Shown here: one piece after another, positions 44,513 to 54,204 of the stretch
How the letters are laid out: the number at the start of each line of letters is the position of its first letter
Position numbering within the stretch: the stretch's first letter is position 1
Assembly (NCBI GenBank): GCA_046539305.1
Contig: JBKHHE010000004.1
Location: 606 to 64,605, forward strand
Length of the DNA stretch: 64,000 nt
DNA from: Candidatus Aenigmatarchaeota archaeon
Lineage (GTDB): Archaea > Aenigmatarchaeota > Aenigmatarchaeia > PWEA01
Direction of reading: 5' to 3'
Translations under genes and position numbers: made by a program
The notes under the pieces: model-generated
What the model saw: only the letters and a program-made list of their open reading frames with translations
What the model was told of the DNA's origin: nothing
The model's database searches: none

Positions 44513-47029
44513 ATGGTAAAGATAGAGAAACTGGAGATGCAAGGTTTCAAGAGCTTTGCCACCCAGACCGAAATTCCCGTTCCTTCCGGCTTCAACTGTA
44601 TATGCGGCCCGAACGGCAGCGGGAAATCGAATATTATAGATGCTATAACTTTCGTCCTCGGGACCCTTTCTACCAAGCAGATACGTGCCGGGAAGCTGGA
44701 GGAGCTGATTTTCTCAGGGGGTGACGGCAGAGAGGCCAGGGACGAGGCCAAGGTTTCTATAGTCTTCAATAACGAGGACGGAGATATCCCCGTGGATGAG
44801 GACAGGGTGGAGGTTACGAGGAAGATAAACAAGCGCGGAAACAGCATCTACAGGATGAACGGCGAGACCGTTACTCGCAGAAAGATAATAGACACGCTTT
44901 CCTCCGCGAAGATACATCCCGACGGCCACAACATCATAATGCAGGGCGCGATAACGAACTTCATAGAGATGAGCCCGACAGAGAGGAGGGAGATAATTGA
45001 CGAGGCTTCGGGCATCCAGGAGTTCGATAGGAAGAAGGAGGATTCTCAGAGGGAGCTGGAGAAGGTAGAGAACAAGCTCAACGAGGCGCGACTGGTCCTC
45101 GGAGAGAAGAAGAAGGCGCTGGACAAGCTTGAGAAGGAAAAGAAGCTTGTCGAGAAGAGGGAGGAAATTGAGAACAGGCTGGAGGGGGTGAGAAAGAAGA
45201 TAGCCAGGCTAACCTACGAGAAGCACAAGGAGGAGAAGGAGGAGCTGGAGGAGAAGATGGAGACAGTTAAAGAAGATCTGGAGGAAGCGAAGGGTAAACA
45301 GGAGGAGCTGGAGGACAGTATCGAGGAGAAGGAGGAGGATCTGGAGGAAGTCAGGGAGAAGATGCGGGAGGAAAAACAGGATAGGGAGCTGATAAAAAGT
45401 ATAGAGTCCGTCAAGTCGAAGATAGAAAGTAAGAAGAGCAAGATAGAGGACAAAAGAGGGGAGATGGAGAGGCTGGACGAGTCCATAGAGAAGCTGGAGG
45501 AGATGGAGAAGAGGCAGCAGAGGATTTCCGGGAAGGGTCCTGCTAAAGAGATACTGAGACTGGACAAGGAGGACGTCCATGGAACTATACAGTCCCTGGG
45601 TAATGTGAAAGAAAAATATCAGAAGGCCTTGGAGGTCGCTGCAGGGGGAAACATGAATTCGCTCGTGGTGGAGAGTGGGGACGTGGCGAAGGACTGTATT
45701 GAATACCTTAAGGAGAACAAAGTGGGGAGGGCCACCTTTCTACCTCTTGACAAACTTCGACCCTGGGACAAGAGCCGGGAGGCAAAGAAGCTCAAGGACA
45801 AGTCGGGGGCGATAGATTTCGCGATAAATCTGATAAACTATGATTCGGACTACGAGCTCGCCTTCCAGTATGTTTTCAAGGACACGCTCGTCGTCGAGAG
45901 CCTGGAGTTCGCAAAGAGACACGCCGGAAAGGCGAGAATGGTGACCTTGGACGGGGAAATAGTCTACAAGTCCGGCGCGATGAAAGGGGGCCATTACGAG
46001 TCCAAGGACAGCTTCGGTTCCTTTCAGAGCGACAAGAGCTCGGAGATCGGCGACTTGGAGAAGGAGAAGGAGGAAATTGAGGAGGAGATAGAAGCTCTTC
46101 GAGAGGAGATTGCTGATCACTCTCAGGAGTTAGAGGAGCTGCGTGAGGAAGAGGAGACAGGTGAAGACGAGCTCACGGAGCTGGAAGAGCGTGAGGAAGA
46201 GATAAAGAGCAAGATAAGCGAGCTTAAAGGTGAAAGAAAAAATTACTACGAGAGGAAAGTCCAGAAAAAGGAGAAGTTCAACCAGCTTAAGGTGAAGAAG
46301 GCGAAGGTCGACACGAAGTTTGAGAATGCTGAAGAGGATCTGGAGGAATACGATGACGCGGAAGATCTGGACATAGAGGAGGACTCCGTTAAAGTTCTTA
46401 AGGAGGAGAAGAAGGACCTTCTGAGGGATCTGGAGGAAATAGGGCCTGTCAATTTCAAGGCTAAGGAGGAGTACAGAAACGCGAAGCAGGTCTACGAGGA
46501 CCTCAAGGAGAGGATAGACAGGATACAGGAGGAGAAGGAGGCGATCGAAGAGACTATAGAGTCCATAAAGCAGAGAAGACGAGATACCTTCATGGAGGCG
46601 TTCAACGAAATAAACGAGCATTTCCAGGAGATATTTGAGGATTTACATGGCCACGAAGGCAGGATAAAGCTGGAGGACGAGGACTATATCAAGTCAGGTC
46701 TCCTTATAGAGGCCAAGGCCTCGGGGGGACAGAAGCTTTCACTCGACTCTATGTCTGGTGGTGAGAAGACGCTCACAGCAATAGCCTTCCTCTTTGCTGT
46801 CCAGCTTTACGAGCCTGCACCCTTCTACATCCTGGACGAAATAGATGCGGCCCTGGACCAGAAGAACTCTAAGAAGGTGGCGGAGATGCTTGAGAGACAG
46901 TCAGAGGACGCACAGTTCATCGTGATAACCCACAACGACCAGACCCTGCAGATGGCGGACTACGTTTACGGCGTCTCGATGGACGACGGCGTCTCGGAAG
47001 TGATGGCGCTGGAGATGCCCGAGGAATAG
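44513..47029 (+). CDS. smc: SMC chromosome-segregation ATPase with unusually short coiled-coil arms (838 aa)
   Basis: Walker A GPNGSGKSN, hinge region (GTIQSLGNV...GRATFLPLDKL), signature LSGGEKT, Walker B ILDEIDAALD. Confidence 0.9.
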   Translation: MVKIEKLEMQGFKSFATQTEIPVPSGFNCICGPNGSGKSNIIDAITFVLGTLSTKQIRAGKLEELIFSGGDGREARDEAKVSIVFNNEDGDIPVDEDRVEVTRKINKRGNSIYRMNGETVTRRKIIDTLSSAKIHPDGHNIIMQGAITNFIEMSPTERREIIDEASGIQEFDRKKEDSQRELEKVENKLNEARLVLGEKKKALDKLEKEKKLVEKREEIENRLEGVRKKIARLTYEKHKEEKEELEEKMETVKEDLEEAKGKQEELEDSIEEKEEDLEEVREKMREEKQDRELIKSIESVKSKIESKKSKIEDKRGEMERLDESIEKLEEMEKRQQRISGKGPAKEILRLDKEDVHGTIQSLGNVKEKYQKALEVAAGGNMNSLVVESGDVAKDCIEYLKENKVGRATFLPLDKLRPWDKSREAKKLKDKSGAIDFAINLINYDSDYELAFQYVFKDTLVVESLEFAKRHAGKARMVTLDGEIVYKSGAMKGGHYESKDSFGSFQSDKSSEIGDLEKEKEEIEEEIEALREEIADHSQELEELREEEETGEDELTELEEREEEIKSKISELKGERKNYYERKVQKKEKFNQLKVKKAKVDTKFENAEEDLEEYDDAEDLDIEEDSVKVLKEEKKDLLRDLEEIGPVNFKAKEEYRNAKQVYEDLKERIDRIQEEKEAIEETIESIKQRRRDTFMEAFNEINEHFQEIFEDLHGHEGRIKLEDEDYIKSGLLIEAKASGGQKLSLDSMSGGEKTLTAIAFLFAVQLYEPAPFYILDEIDAALDQKNSKKVAEMLERQSEDAQFIVITHNDQTLQMADYVYGVSMDDGVSEVMALEMPEE

Positions 47030-47069
47030 TTTTGAAAAGTTTTAAGGTTTGAAAGCCAATTCTACCTGT

Positions 47070-47765
47070 ATGAAAGAGGAAGAGATCCTGGACTTCGCGA
47101 GGACTGAGCCCAACTGGGAGGAAACCCTGGACTGGATTATTTCTAAGGAAGGGATAGACCCGTGGGATGTTGACCTGGTTGAACTGGCAAATGCGTTCTC
47201 TGACCTGATAGGGAAATGGCAGAAAATCAACTTCACGATCCCCGCGAGGATCATAATCGTCATGGCGATCCTGCTGCGCATAAAGGTGGAGCTGCTCATG
47301 TGGGAAGAGGAAGAAAAGGAGGTGGAGGAGGTCGATATAGAGGAGCTGGATATAGATGTCTCGGATATACCACAGCTCGAGGCGCCCAAGAAGAGGAAGC
47401 CTGTCAGGAAAGCCACGGCCGAGGAACTGATCCAGGCCTTCAGGAAGGCCTTCAAGACCAAGGAGAGGCGAGAAGAGAGAAAGAGCCAGAGGGAAAGGCG
47501 GGTCCGGGAGGCGATGCCTATTGACGGGCAACGGGAAGATATAGAGGAGAGGATAGACAAGCTTTACAAACGGATAGACAACATACTTGAAAATATGAAA
47601 AGGGGCGAGACTACCTTTTCGGATCTGCTTCCTGAATGGTCGAGAGAGGAAATCGTCAGGAATTTCTCTCCTCTCCTCCAGCTCAACCACGATGGAAAGG
47701 TTAAGGCGGAGCAGGAGGAATATTTCGATGAAATATTTGTCAAGATGGGTGGTAGGGATGAGTGA
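47070..47765 (+). CDS. scpA: segregation and condensation protein A (kleisin)
   Basis: WEETLDWIISKEGIDPWDVDLVELANAF N-terminus. ATG 47070 lies about 29 nt after AGTTTTAAGG. Directly follows smc. Confidence 0.8.
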   Translation: MKEEEILDFARTEPNWEETLDWIISKEGIDPWDVDLVELANAFSDLIGKWQKINFTIPARIIIVMAILLRIKVELLMWEEEEKEVEEVDIEELDIDVSDIPQLEAPKKRKPVRKATAEELIQAFRKAFKTKERREERKSQRERRVREAMPIDGQREDIEERIDKLYKRIDNILENMKRGETTFSDLLPEWSREEIVRNFSPLLQLNHDGKVKAEQEEYFDEIFVKMGGRDE

Positions 47766-48288
47766 GGAGACTGAAGCGACGGTAGAGGCGGCACTTTTTA
47801 TATCTTCAGGGCCGTTGACCCTTCAGGAGCTGAAGAAGGTCTCCGATGCAAGTAAAAAGGAGGTCAGAGAGGCCCTGGAAGGCCTCAGAGAGGCATTCTC
47901 CGATGATAGCCACGGCGTGGAGCTGTTCAAGTCTCTAGGGGGTTATGAACTGAGGGTAAAACCGGAGTATCTGGGCAAGGTTTCCCACCTCACGCCCTAC
48001 TCGGACCTCTCCCGCGGTCAGTTGAAGGTCCTCGCCCTCGTGGCGTTCAAGGGTCCTATAAAGCAGTCGAACATAGCAAAGATTATAGGGAACCGCGCTT
48101 ACTCCTACATAAAGGATCTCGAGAGGAAAAACCTCATCCGTTCGGAGAAACATAAGCGCACGAAAAAACTGGAGATCACGGACGAGTTCAAGAGCTACTT
48201 CGGGATTGAAGAAAAAGAAGAACTGGAGGAAAAGCTGGAGGAAGCTCTCGGAAAGGAAGAAGCAGAGGACCTGAAGGAGGAACAGTAG
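47758..48288 (+). CDS. scpB: segregation and condensation protein B
   Basis: ATVEAALFISSGPLTLQELKKV winged-helix start. 8-nt overlap with scpA. Confidence 0.8.
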   Translation: MSEETEATVEAALFISSGPLTLQELKKVSDASKKEVREALEGLREAFSDDSHGVELFKSLGGYELRVKPEYLGKVSHLTPYSDLSRGQLKVLALVAFKGPIKQSNIAKIIGNRAYSYIKDLERKNLIRSEKHKRTKKLEITDEFKSYFGIEEKEELEEKLEEALGKEEAEDLKEEQ

Positions 48289-48378
48289 AGGTTTTGGAAC
48301 CTTTTCAAACCAGGGTCAAATCTCGAGCGACCAAAGCTAATAAATTTTTGGGAAGAATAAACAAAGGGAAGTGAAACA

Positions 48379-48615
48379 ATGGTATTTAGCATGGCCGAAA
48401 AAGAATTAATGAGTTTAGTAAAAGAACTGGGGATCGAGGAGGACAACCCTGAGGAAGCTTTCAGGAAGTATATTAGAAGTGCTGAGAAATCCGACTTTCT
48501 CGGGAAAACTGCAGACTATCTTGAGGCAGCAGGTAGCATAGCTTCACTGCTAGGAGATGAAGAGAGCTACAACGAGATGTTCTTGGATGAGATAAACTAT
48601 ACTGAATACGTGTAG
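48379..48615 (+). CDS. hypothetical small acidic protein
   Basis: 78-aa ORF with no recognised motif. Confidence 0.4.
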   Translation: MVFSMAEKELMSLVKELGIEEDNPEEAFRKYIRSAEKSDFLGKTADYLEAAGSIASLLGDEESYNEMFLDEINYTEYV

Positions 48616-48677
48616 TTATCTCACTTGTTTCTGAGAAGATTTTTATTTGGTGGGTTTAAACTTAATTAGTGGGATTT

Positions 48678-50657
48678 ATGGAGGAGATGAACTCCCTGGA
48701 TATCTACTACGCACTGAAGGAGTTGAGGAGCCTCCAGGGTGGGAGGATACAGAAGATATACCAGAGGGATAAGAGGCTGCGGATCCAGATTTACGCGGGG
48801 GGTGAAAGCTATGATTTGCTTCTGGAGCCCGGAAAGATATACGTGTCGGAATACGACAGAAAGGGGCCTGCAAAACCTCCGAACTTCTGCATGTTTCTCA
48901 GGAAGTATTTGAGAAACAAGACGTTGAGGGAGATTAGACAGCACAAATTCGATCGTATCGTCGAGTTGCACACCGAGGAATATATATTGGTCTGTGAACT
49001 TTTCGGAAGGGGAAACTTTGTTCTTGTGGATAGGGATGGGGAGATAGTCCAGCCCCTTGAAGTTCAAAAATGGAGCGAGAGAAAGGTCTCGCCAGGCAAG
49101 AAGTATAAATATCCGCCTGCAGGGAAGGATCCAAGAAAACTTGGCAGTCGCGAGTTCGGAAGGCTCGTAAAGACGGAGGATGAAACCGTAAGGAAGATAG
49201 CACGGGATTTGAACCTGGGAGGGAGGTGGGCGGAGGAGGCCTGCCTCCGTGCGGGCGTGGAAAAATCAAAGCCTGGTGAGGATCTGGGCGATGCGGAGGT
49301 AACCAGGTTGAGAAAGTCCATGGTTTCACTGTTTAAGGAGGAGTTGAACCCTGGCATCTTCTACGAGGACGAGATGAAAAAGGCTGCAGTTCCTTTCCCA
49401 TTGAAGAAGTTTGGTGAAATGAGACTTGAAAGGTATGACAGCTTCAACCGTGCACTGGACGACTTTTTCTCGGGGAAAGAAAGGAAGGAGGTGGAAGAGG
49501 AGGCCGAGGAAACCAAGGAGGAAGAGCTTTCCAGGGTTCAGAGGATAAGAGAGGAGCAGGAGGAAGCGGAAGAAAAATGGGGCGAGAAGCAGGAGAAGTC
49601 GGAGAAGAAGGCCGAACTTATATACCAGAATTACACGCTCGTGGAGGATGTGCTTAACGGTATTCAGAAGGCGATGAACTCGGACATCTCCTGGAGCGAA
49701 ATCAAGGACAGGATAGACGAAGAAGATACACCACAGGCCAGAGCGGTGAAGGAAGTAAGGGAGAATCAGGGCACGGTCCTCGTGGAGATAGAGGACGAGG
49801 AGGTAGAACTGGATTTCAGGAAGTCGGTCGAGGAGAACGCCGAGTCCTTTTACGAGACCAAGAAGAAGTCGAAGGACAAAATAGAGAAGATAAAAGAGAA
49901 GAAGAAAGAAATAATCCAGAAAGAGAAATCCGTAGAGCAGAAAGATAAGGAAGAATTTACAGAGGAGGGGAAGGAGAGAGCAAAGCCTGAGAAAGAGATA
50001 GAAGTAAAGGAAGAAGGAGAGGGCTGGTACAAAAAATATCGCTGGTTCAAGACCTCTGAAGGCTTCCTGGTGGTTGCAGGTAAGAATGCAGACCAAAATG
50101 AAGAGCTCGTGAAGAAAAAGGCCCAGAAGGACGATGTTATACTTCACGCGGAGATAGAAGGCTCACCCTTTACGGTGATAAAGACGGAGGACAGGGAGGT
50201 TACACCTTTGGCGATAAGAGAGGCATCCGAGTTCTGTGCCTCCTTCTCCAAGGCCTGGAAAAGAGGTCTGGGGAGCGTGGACGTGTACTGGGTCCGCCCC
50301 GAGCAGGTAAGCAAGGACGCGCCTTCCGGAGAATACATAGGAAAAGGCTCCTTCATGATAAAGGGCGATAAAAACTACCTTAAGAAGACAGGGCTCAAGA
50401 TTTCGATAGGCGTGAAGTTGGACAGGGAGGAGAACAAAATAAGGGTTTTCAACGGTTCCACTCAGTCCGTGAGGAACAGAGCCGACTATTTTGTGTCTCT
50501 GAATCCAGGGAACACGGAGAAGAGCAATCTGGCCAAGCAGGTCGTCGACAAGCTCGCGGAGAAAGCGGTGCCCGAGGACAGAAAGTTCGTAAAGAAGATA
50601 GACAAGGAACGGGTCAAACCCCTGATGCCTCCCGGCGGGGGCATACTTGTGGGGTGA
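48678..50657 (+). CDS. NFACT-family protein (FbpA/Rqc2 homolog, with DUF814)
   Basis: NFACT-N start MNSLDIYYALKEL, long E/K coiled coil, and DUF814-like VILHAEIEGSPFTVIK...VDVYWVRPEQVSK. Confidence 0.85.
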   Translation: MEEMNSLDIYYALKELRSLQGGRIQKIYQRDKRLRIQIYAGGESYDLLLEPGKIYVSEYDRKGPAKPPNFCMFLRKYLRNKTLREIRQHKFDRIVELHTEEYILVCELFGRGNFVLVDRDGEIVQPLEVQKWSERKVSPGKKYKYPPAGKDPRKLGSREFGRLVKTEDETVRKIARDLNLGGRWAEEACLRAGVEKSKPGEDLGDAEVTRLRKSMVSLFKEELNPGIFYEDEMKKAAVPFPLKKFGEMRLERYDSFNRALDDFFSGKERKEVEEEAEETKEEELSRVQRIREEQEEAEEKWGEKQEKSEKKAELIYQNYTLVEDVLNGIQKAMNSDISWSEIKDRIDEEDTPQARAVKEVRENQGTVLVEIEDEEVELDFRKSVEENAESFYETKKKSKDKIEKIKEKKKEIIQKEKSVEQKDKEEFTEEGKERAKPEKEIEVKEEGEGWYKKYRWFKTSEGFLVVAGKNADQNEELVKKKAQKDDVILHAEIEGSPFTVIKTEDREVTPLAIREASEFCASFSKAWKRGLGSVDVYWVRPEQVSKDAPSGEYIGKGSFMIKGDKNYLKKTGLKISIGVKLDREENKIRVFNGSTQSVRNRADYFVSLNPGNTEKSNLAKQVVDKLAEKAVPEDRKFVKKIDKERVKPLMPPGGGILVG

Positions 50658-50661
50658 TTCT

Positions 50662-51072
50662 ATGGAATACCTTATAGCTTTCCTGGGGTTCGCCGTCCTC
50701 GTTCTGCTAGTCTATGTCACCTACCTTAAGAAAAGGATGAGCTACGAGGTGGATAAGAGGGTAGATGAAAGGGAGGAGGAAATAAGAGGTGACGCGCTGG
50801 AGAGAAGCAGGGCAACTCTGAAAGGTAAGATCTCGGAACACCTGGCACCTTTCCTCGATGAGTTCGGCTACAAGGCCTCGGACGCGAGGTTCCTGGGTTC
50901 ACCCGTCGACTACGTGATTTTCGACGGGTACAGCGACAGTGCGGAAGATATAAAAGTGATCCTTGCGGATGTAAAGACCGGAGAAGGATCAGATTTAAAT
51001 CATGACCAGAGAAAGATAAAGGAGGCCGTGGAGGAGGGGCTGGTGGAGTGGGAAACGATCCGACTGGAGTGA
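50662..51072 (+). CDS. membrane-anchored Holliday-junction-resolvase-related endonuclease-fold protein
   Basis: N-terminal TM helix. GKISEHLAPF...ARFLGSPVDYVIFDG...ADVKTG...Q pattern resembles the family of endonucleases related to archaeal Hjc. Assignment is from memory. Confidence 0.55.
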   Translation: MEYLIAFLGFAVLVLLVYVTYLKKRMSYEVDKRVDEREEEIRGDALERSRATLKGKISEHLAPFLDEFGYKASDARFLGSPVDYVIFDGYSDSAEDIKVILADVKTGEGSDLNHDQRKIKEAVEEGLVEWETIRLE

Positions 51073-51076
51073 TATT

Positions 51077-51610
51077 ATGGACAAAACAGCTGTCAGTAAG
51101 CAGATTTCCTACTGGTTGAGGCACGACCCCGAAGGTCTTGAGATGGACGAAGAGGGCTACGTGGACCTCGACGAGCTGCTGGAGAAGCTTAGAGAGAGGT
51201 TCCCGGAAGTTGACAGAGAGCTTGTAGAAGAGATCAATGGGGAAGGAAAGCGACGATATGAGATAAAGGACGGAAGGATGAGGGCCATTTACGGCCATTC
51301 CATAGAAGTTGACCTCGGTCTTCCCGAGGACGAAGAAGTGGAAGAGGTCTACCATGGGACGACTAGCGATGCCGCCTATCGGATCCTTCGGAACGGCCTC
51401 AAACCGAAGGATAGGAACATGGTACATCTTTCCGCCACCAAGGACATAGCTGAAGAAGTCGGGAAAAGAAGGACGGAGGACCCGGTTATACTGAGGATAG
51501 GTGTCGAGTCTGCAAGGGAGGATGGGTTGAAGTTCTACAGGGCGACTGACGAAATTTACCTCTCTGAAGAGATACCTCCGAAATTCATAGAAAAAATCGA
51601 TCAAAGGTAG
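51077..51610 (+). CDS. kptA: RNA 2'-phosphotransferase Tpt1/KptA
   Basis: SKQISYWLRHDPEGL...YHGTTSDAAYRILRNGLKP...VHLS pattern. Confidence 0.85.
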   Translation: MDKTAVSKQISYWLRHDPEGLEMDEEGYVDLDELLEKLRERFPEVDRELVEEINGEGKRRYEIKDGRMRAIYGHSIEVDLGLPEDEEVEEVYHGTTSDAAYRILRNGLKPKDRNMVHLSATKDIAEEVGKRRTEDPVILRIGVESAREDGLKFYRATDEIYLSEEIPPKFIEKIDQR

Positions 51611-52842
51611 TTTTCATCCAGTTCTCTAGCAATTTCCCTTATCTCCCACTGGGCCGCCTCGTTGTTCCTGTCCTCCATAAAGCCTTTCGTCAGATTGAAT
51701 CCATCCAAACTGAAGGCCACTCCAATGTTCATACCATGTGGCAGGACCTCCAAAGCCTCGTCTTTACCATATCTCCTTGACAGGCCTTCGTAGATTTTGA
51801 GGGACTCGCCACATAGATCCAGATAATCCTCGGTATAGTTGGATTCTTCTATACTTTCCGGGATGACTATCTCGCTTCTCTCTGCCGCATCGTATATTGA
51901 TTCCACAGACTGCTTGACGGTATCGTTTCTCATAAACTGGTGCCAGGCCGAAAGAGACATCTTTGAAACGTAACCCTCTACCTCTTCGGTGTTGTTTGAC
52001 AGGTTTAGAAAGGTGGTCGCCTGGTCATCAAGCTTTTTCGCTCTTCTGAAAAGATTTAGATCCACGTCCTTTTCGAAAGGCCTAACTTCTTCGAAACCGT
52101 CCAGAAAGTTAAGGGTTTCATCGACCCATTCGTTTCCCTCGGAGAACATGTTGGCTACAGGATATCCATTTCCCGTTTCGTTGTATATATCTATCAGTTT
52201 TCTGTCAAAAAGAATAGGTTCCCTGTCTTTCAATTTTTCCAGTGTGTCATCCATGACTCCGGAAGATACACTGGGTACCTTGGACTCTTCGGATTCCAAG
52301 ACCCTGAAGACGTTAGCCAGGCCGACAAAGTTGGTGTTCTGATGTATATGTTTGGCTGATGTAGCGAGAGGTAGCACGTATCTGGCGTCCTCCTTCTCGA
52401 TGCCGCCATCTACCATCTGCTTGTAAAAGTCCATCTGATTCTCAAAGAGTTCCTTTCCTCGGTCATATTTTGTGGTGAAGTCATCCGCCTCTGTGTACCT
52501 CTGGGACTGCTGCAAGTATTTTGGATGATCGAACTGGCAAAGGAACATGGTGGTATGCCTGGGAATCTCATAGTTTAAACCGACATTGGCCTGATAAAAA
52601 CAGGACGTGTGTCCCATCCCGGCAAGCCTTTCCAGAAAACCTCTCTGTTCTTGCTCCAGCTTCTTCGGGTCCATATCTTCCTTTTCCACCTCCCAGATAT
52701 CCTTCGCCGAGCGCCCCTCCTGGTCGTGGGAAATCTTGGCGGGATAAACCGATGCCTCTGTTGCACCCCATTCAGGGTTTTCCGGGTCCTGAGGTATTTC
52801 CGAAACCTCTACCTTGGGATCGCTTAAAGTTATTTCGGACAT
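51601..52842 (-). CDS. thyX: flavin-dependent thymidylate synthase ThyX, apparent tandem duplication (413 aa)
   Basis: First repeat has GHTSCF, RH...QQSQRY and ARYVLPL. Second repeat has a degenerate serine-loop (AWHQFMRNDTVKQSVES) but intact EVLPHGMN and AAQWEIREIA. Confidence 0.8.
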   Translation of the reverse strand: MSEITLSDPKVEVSEIPQDPENPEWGATEASVYPAKISHDQEGRSAKDIWEVEKEDMDPKKLEQEQRGFLERLAGMGHTSCFYQANVGLNYEIPRHTTMFLCQFDHPKYLQQSQRYTEADDFTTKYDRGKELFENQMDFYKQMVDGGIEKEDARYVLPLATSAKHIHQNTNFVGLANVFRVLESEESKVPSVSSGVMDDTLEKLKDREPILFDRKLIDIYNETGNGYPVANMFSEGNEWVDETLNFLDGFEEVRPFEKDVDLNLFRRAKKLDDQATTFLNLSNNTEEVEGYVSKMSLSAWHQFMRNDTVKQSVESIYDAAERSEIVIPESIEESNYTEDYLDLCGESLKIYEGLSRRYGKDEALEVLPHGMNIGVAFSLDGFNLTKGFMEDRNNEAAQWEIREIARELDENYL

Positions 52843-52869
52843 ATTATACTGTAATTTTGTCTAAAACTT

Positions 52870-53490
52870 TTATTCTTCAAATATTTCCCCGCGGATTATC
52901 TCTCTGAAGTCTGAATGAACCTCCTCTATACTCCGTTTCCCATCCACGATGTATATGTTTTCGTCCAGAATTTCCTCCAGTTCTATGTACCTCTCCCGTA
53001 TTTCCTTCTGAAATTCCAAATTCTCAAATATAACTGAGCTTTCTCCCCCGTCCCGGTCCCTTTGTCTCTTTATGGACTCCTTCGCGGGGACGTCCAGGAT
53101 TATTGTGAGATCGGGCTTCCTCGCATACTTGTTTATCTCCCTTACCCACTCCAAATCGGCGCCGTGCTCCGGCTGGTATACCATGGAGGAATGGTAGTAG
53201 CGGTCGGAAACAACTATCTTTCCCTCTTCTACCGCAGGACTGATCTCGTCTTCAAGGTGGACCAGCCTGTCGGCCGCGAAGGCCAGAGCTATGGATTCTG
53301 GAGAATGATCTTCGTCCCCCTGGACCAGATGCTCCTTGATTATTTTCCCTATCTGATTCTCCCTCTTGAAGGGTTCCTCGGTGAGAAGAAATTCTTTTCC
53401 CTCCTCCTCGAGCCACTTGCCCAGAAGCTCACACTGTGTCGTCGTGCCGGCGCCGTCGATCCCTTCTATCACTACAAACTTTCCGGGCAT
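52870..53490 (-). CDS. tmk: thymidylate kinase
   Basis: Start moved to MPGKFVVIEGIDGAGTTT (P-loop). DRY motif. Lies upstream of thyX on the same strand. Confidence 0.85.
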   Translation of the reverse strand: MPGKFVVIEGIDGAGTTTQCELLGKWLEEEGKEFLLTEEPFKRENQIGKIIKEHLVQGDEDHSPESIALAFAADRLVHLEDEISPAVEEGKIVVSDRYYHSSMVYQPEHGADLEWVREINKYARKPDLTIILDVPAKESIKRQRDRDGGESSVIFENLEFQKEIRERYIELEEILDENIYIVDGKRSIEEVHSDFREIIRGEIFEE

Positions 53491-53589
53491 ATCTATTTTT
53501 TCGCGACGCCAATTAAAAACTTTAAGCGAGGATTTAGGCACTACATATTTCGAGATATAAGTAGCTTGTGCCGAAACCCTTAAACTGTA

Positions 53590-54111
53590 ATGCCTATCGA
53601 CTGGCCCGGCCTGAACGAGAAGGACCATTCGGAGAAGATAAGAGCCATTGAGGACGAGCACAGGGACGAAGGAATATGGCCTCCGCACGGCGAGTATCCA
53701 CACAGGTACGGAAGAATCGCGGATGAGTTAATCCGCGAGGTTGAAGGCATGGACTTTGGAAGAATGGATATACTGGATGTCGGGGCCTCGAAGGGCGAAG
53801 GTATAAGGTGTCTGAAGGAAAAAATAGACGAAGAGACTGATATCGATGAAATTTATGCGACGTCCCTGGATCCTAATCCAAATCTTCTCGAGGAAAATAA
53901 AAGGCAGGGAAACTCGGACAGTTACGTCGTAGCCACGGGTCAAAACCTACCCTTCGAGGACGGTTCGTTTGAAATAACCACCTGTGTAGAGGTCGTGTCC
54001 TACCTTCCTAACGGCCATAGGAAAAAGATAACCTCGGAGGTCGAGAGAGTCGCGAAGAATTTCGTCGGGATAGGTATGAACCATGGTTTTGACGTGTATA
54101 CGGTTCAGTGA
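53590..54111 (+). CDS. class I SAM-dependent methyltransferase
   Basis: Motif I ILDVGASKGEG and a downstream acidic loop. 173 aa. Confidence 0.7.
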   Translation: MPIDWPGLNEKDHSEKIRAIEDEHRDEGIWPPHGEYPHRYGRIADELIREVEGMDFGRMDILDVGASKGEGIRCLKEKIDEETDIDEIYATSLDPNPNLLEENKRQGNSDSYVVATGQNLPFEDGSFEITTCVEVVSYLPNGHRKKITSEVERVAKNFVGIGMNHGFDVYTVQ

Positions 54112-54204
54112 GGGGCGGATACTTTCCCAAAAGTTAATGTTCTCATGGATCCTACGATCGATAAGTTTAGGGCTTTTAAGAATTGATCTCCATACATACA
54201 TGGT

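Noticed and set aside
45200-46500. Dense GAGGAG/GAAGAG purine repeats here, and similarly at 49480-50000 and 25540-25900, that could suggest tandem repeats or a CRISPR-like periodicity.
   Set aside because: They are in-frame Glu/Lys-rich coiled-coil coding sequence of smc, the NFACT gene and the NTase gene. There are no repeat units of fixed length and no spacers.
49204-49220. GGGATTTGAACCTGGGA, which looks like the reverse complement of a tRNA T-arm.
   Set aside because: It lies inside the well-supported NFACT coding frame (ARDLNLGGRW). The flanking sequence cannot form a T-stem or an acceptor stem.
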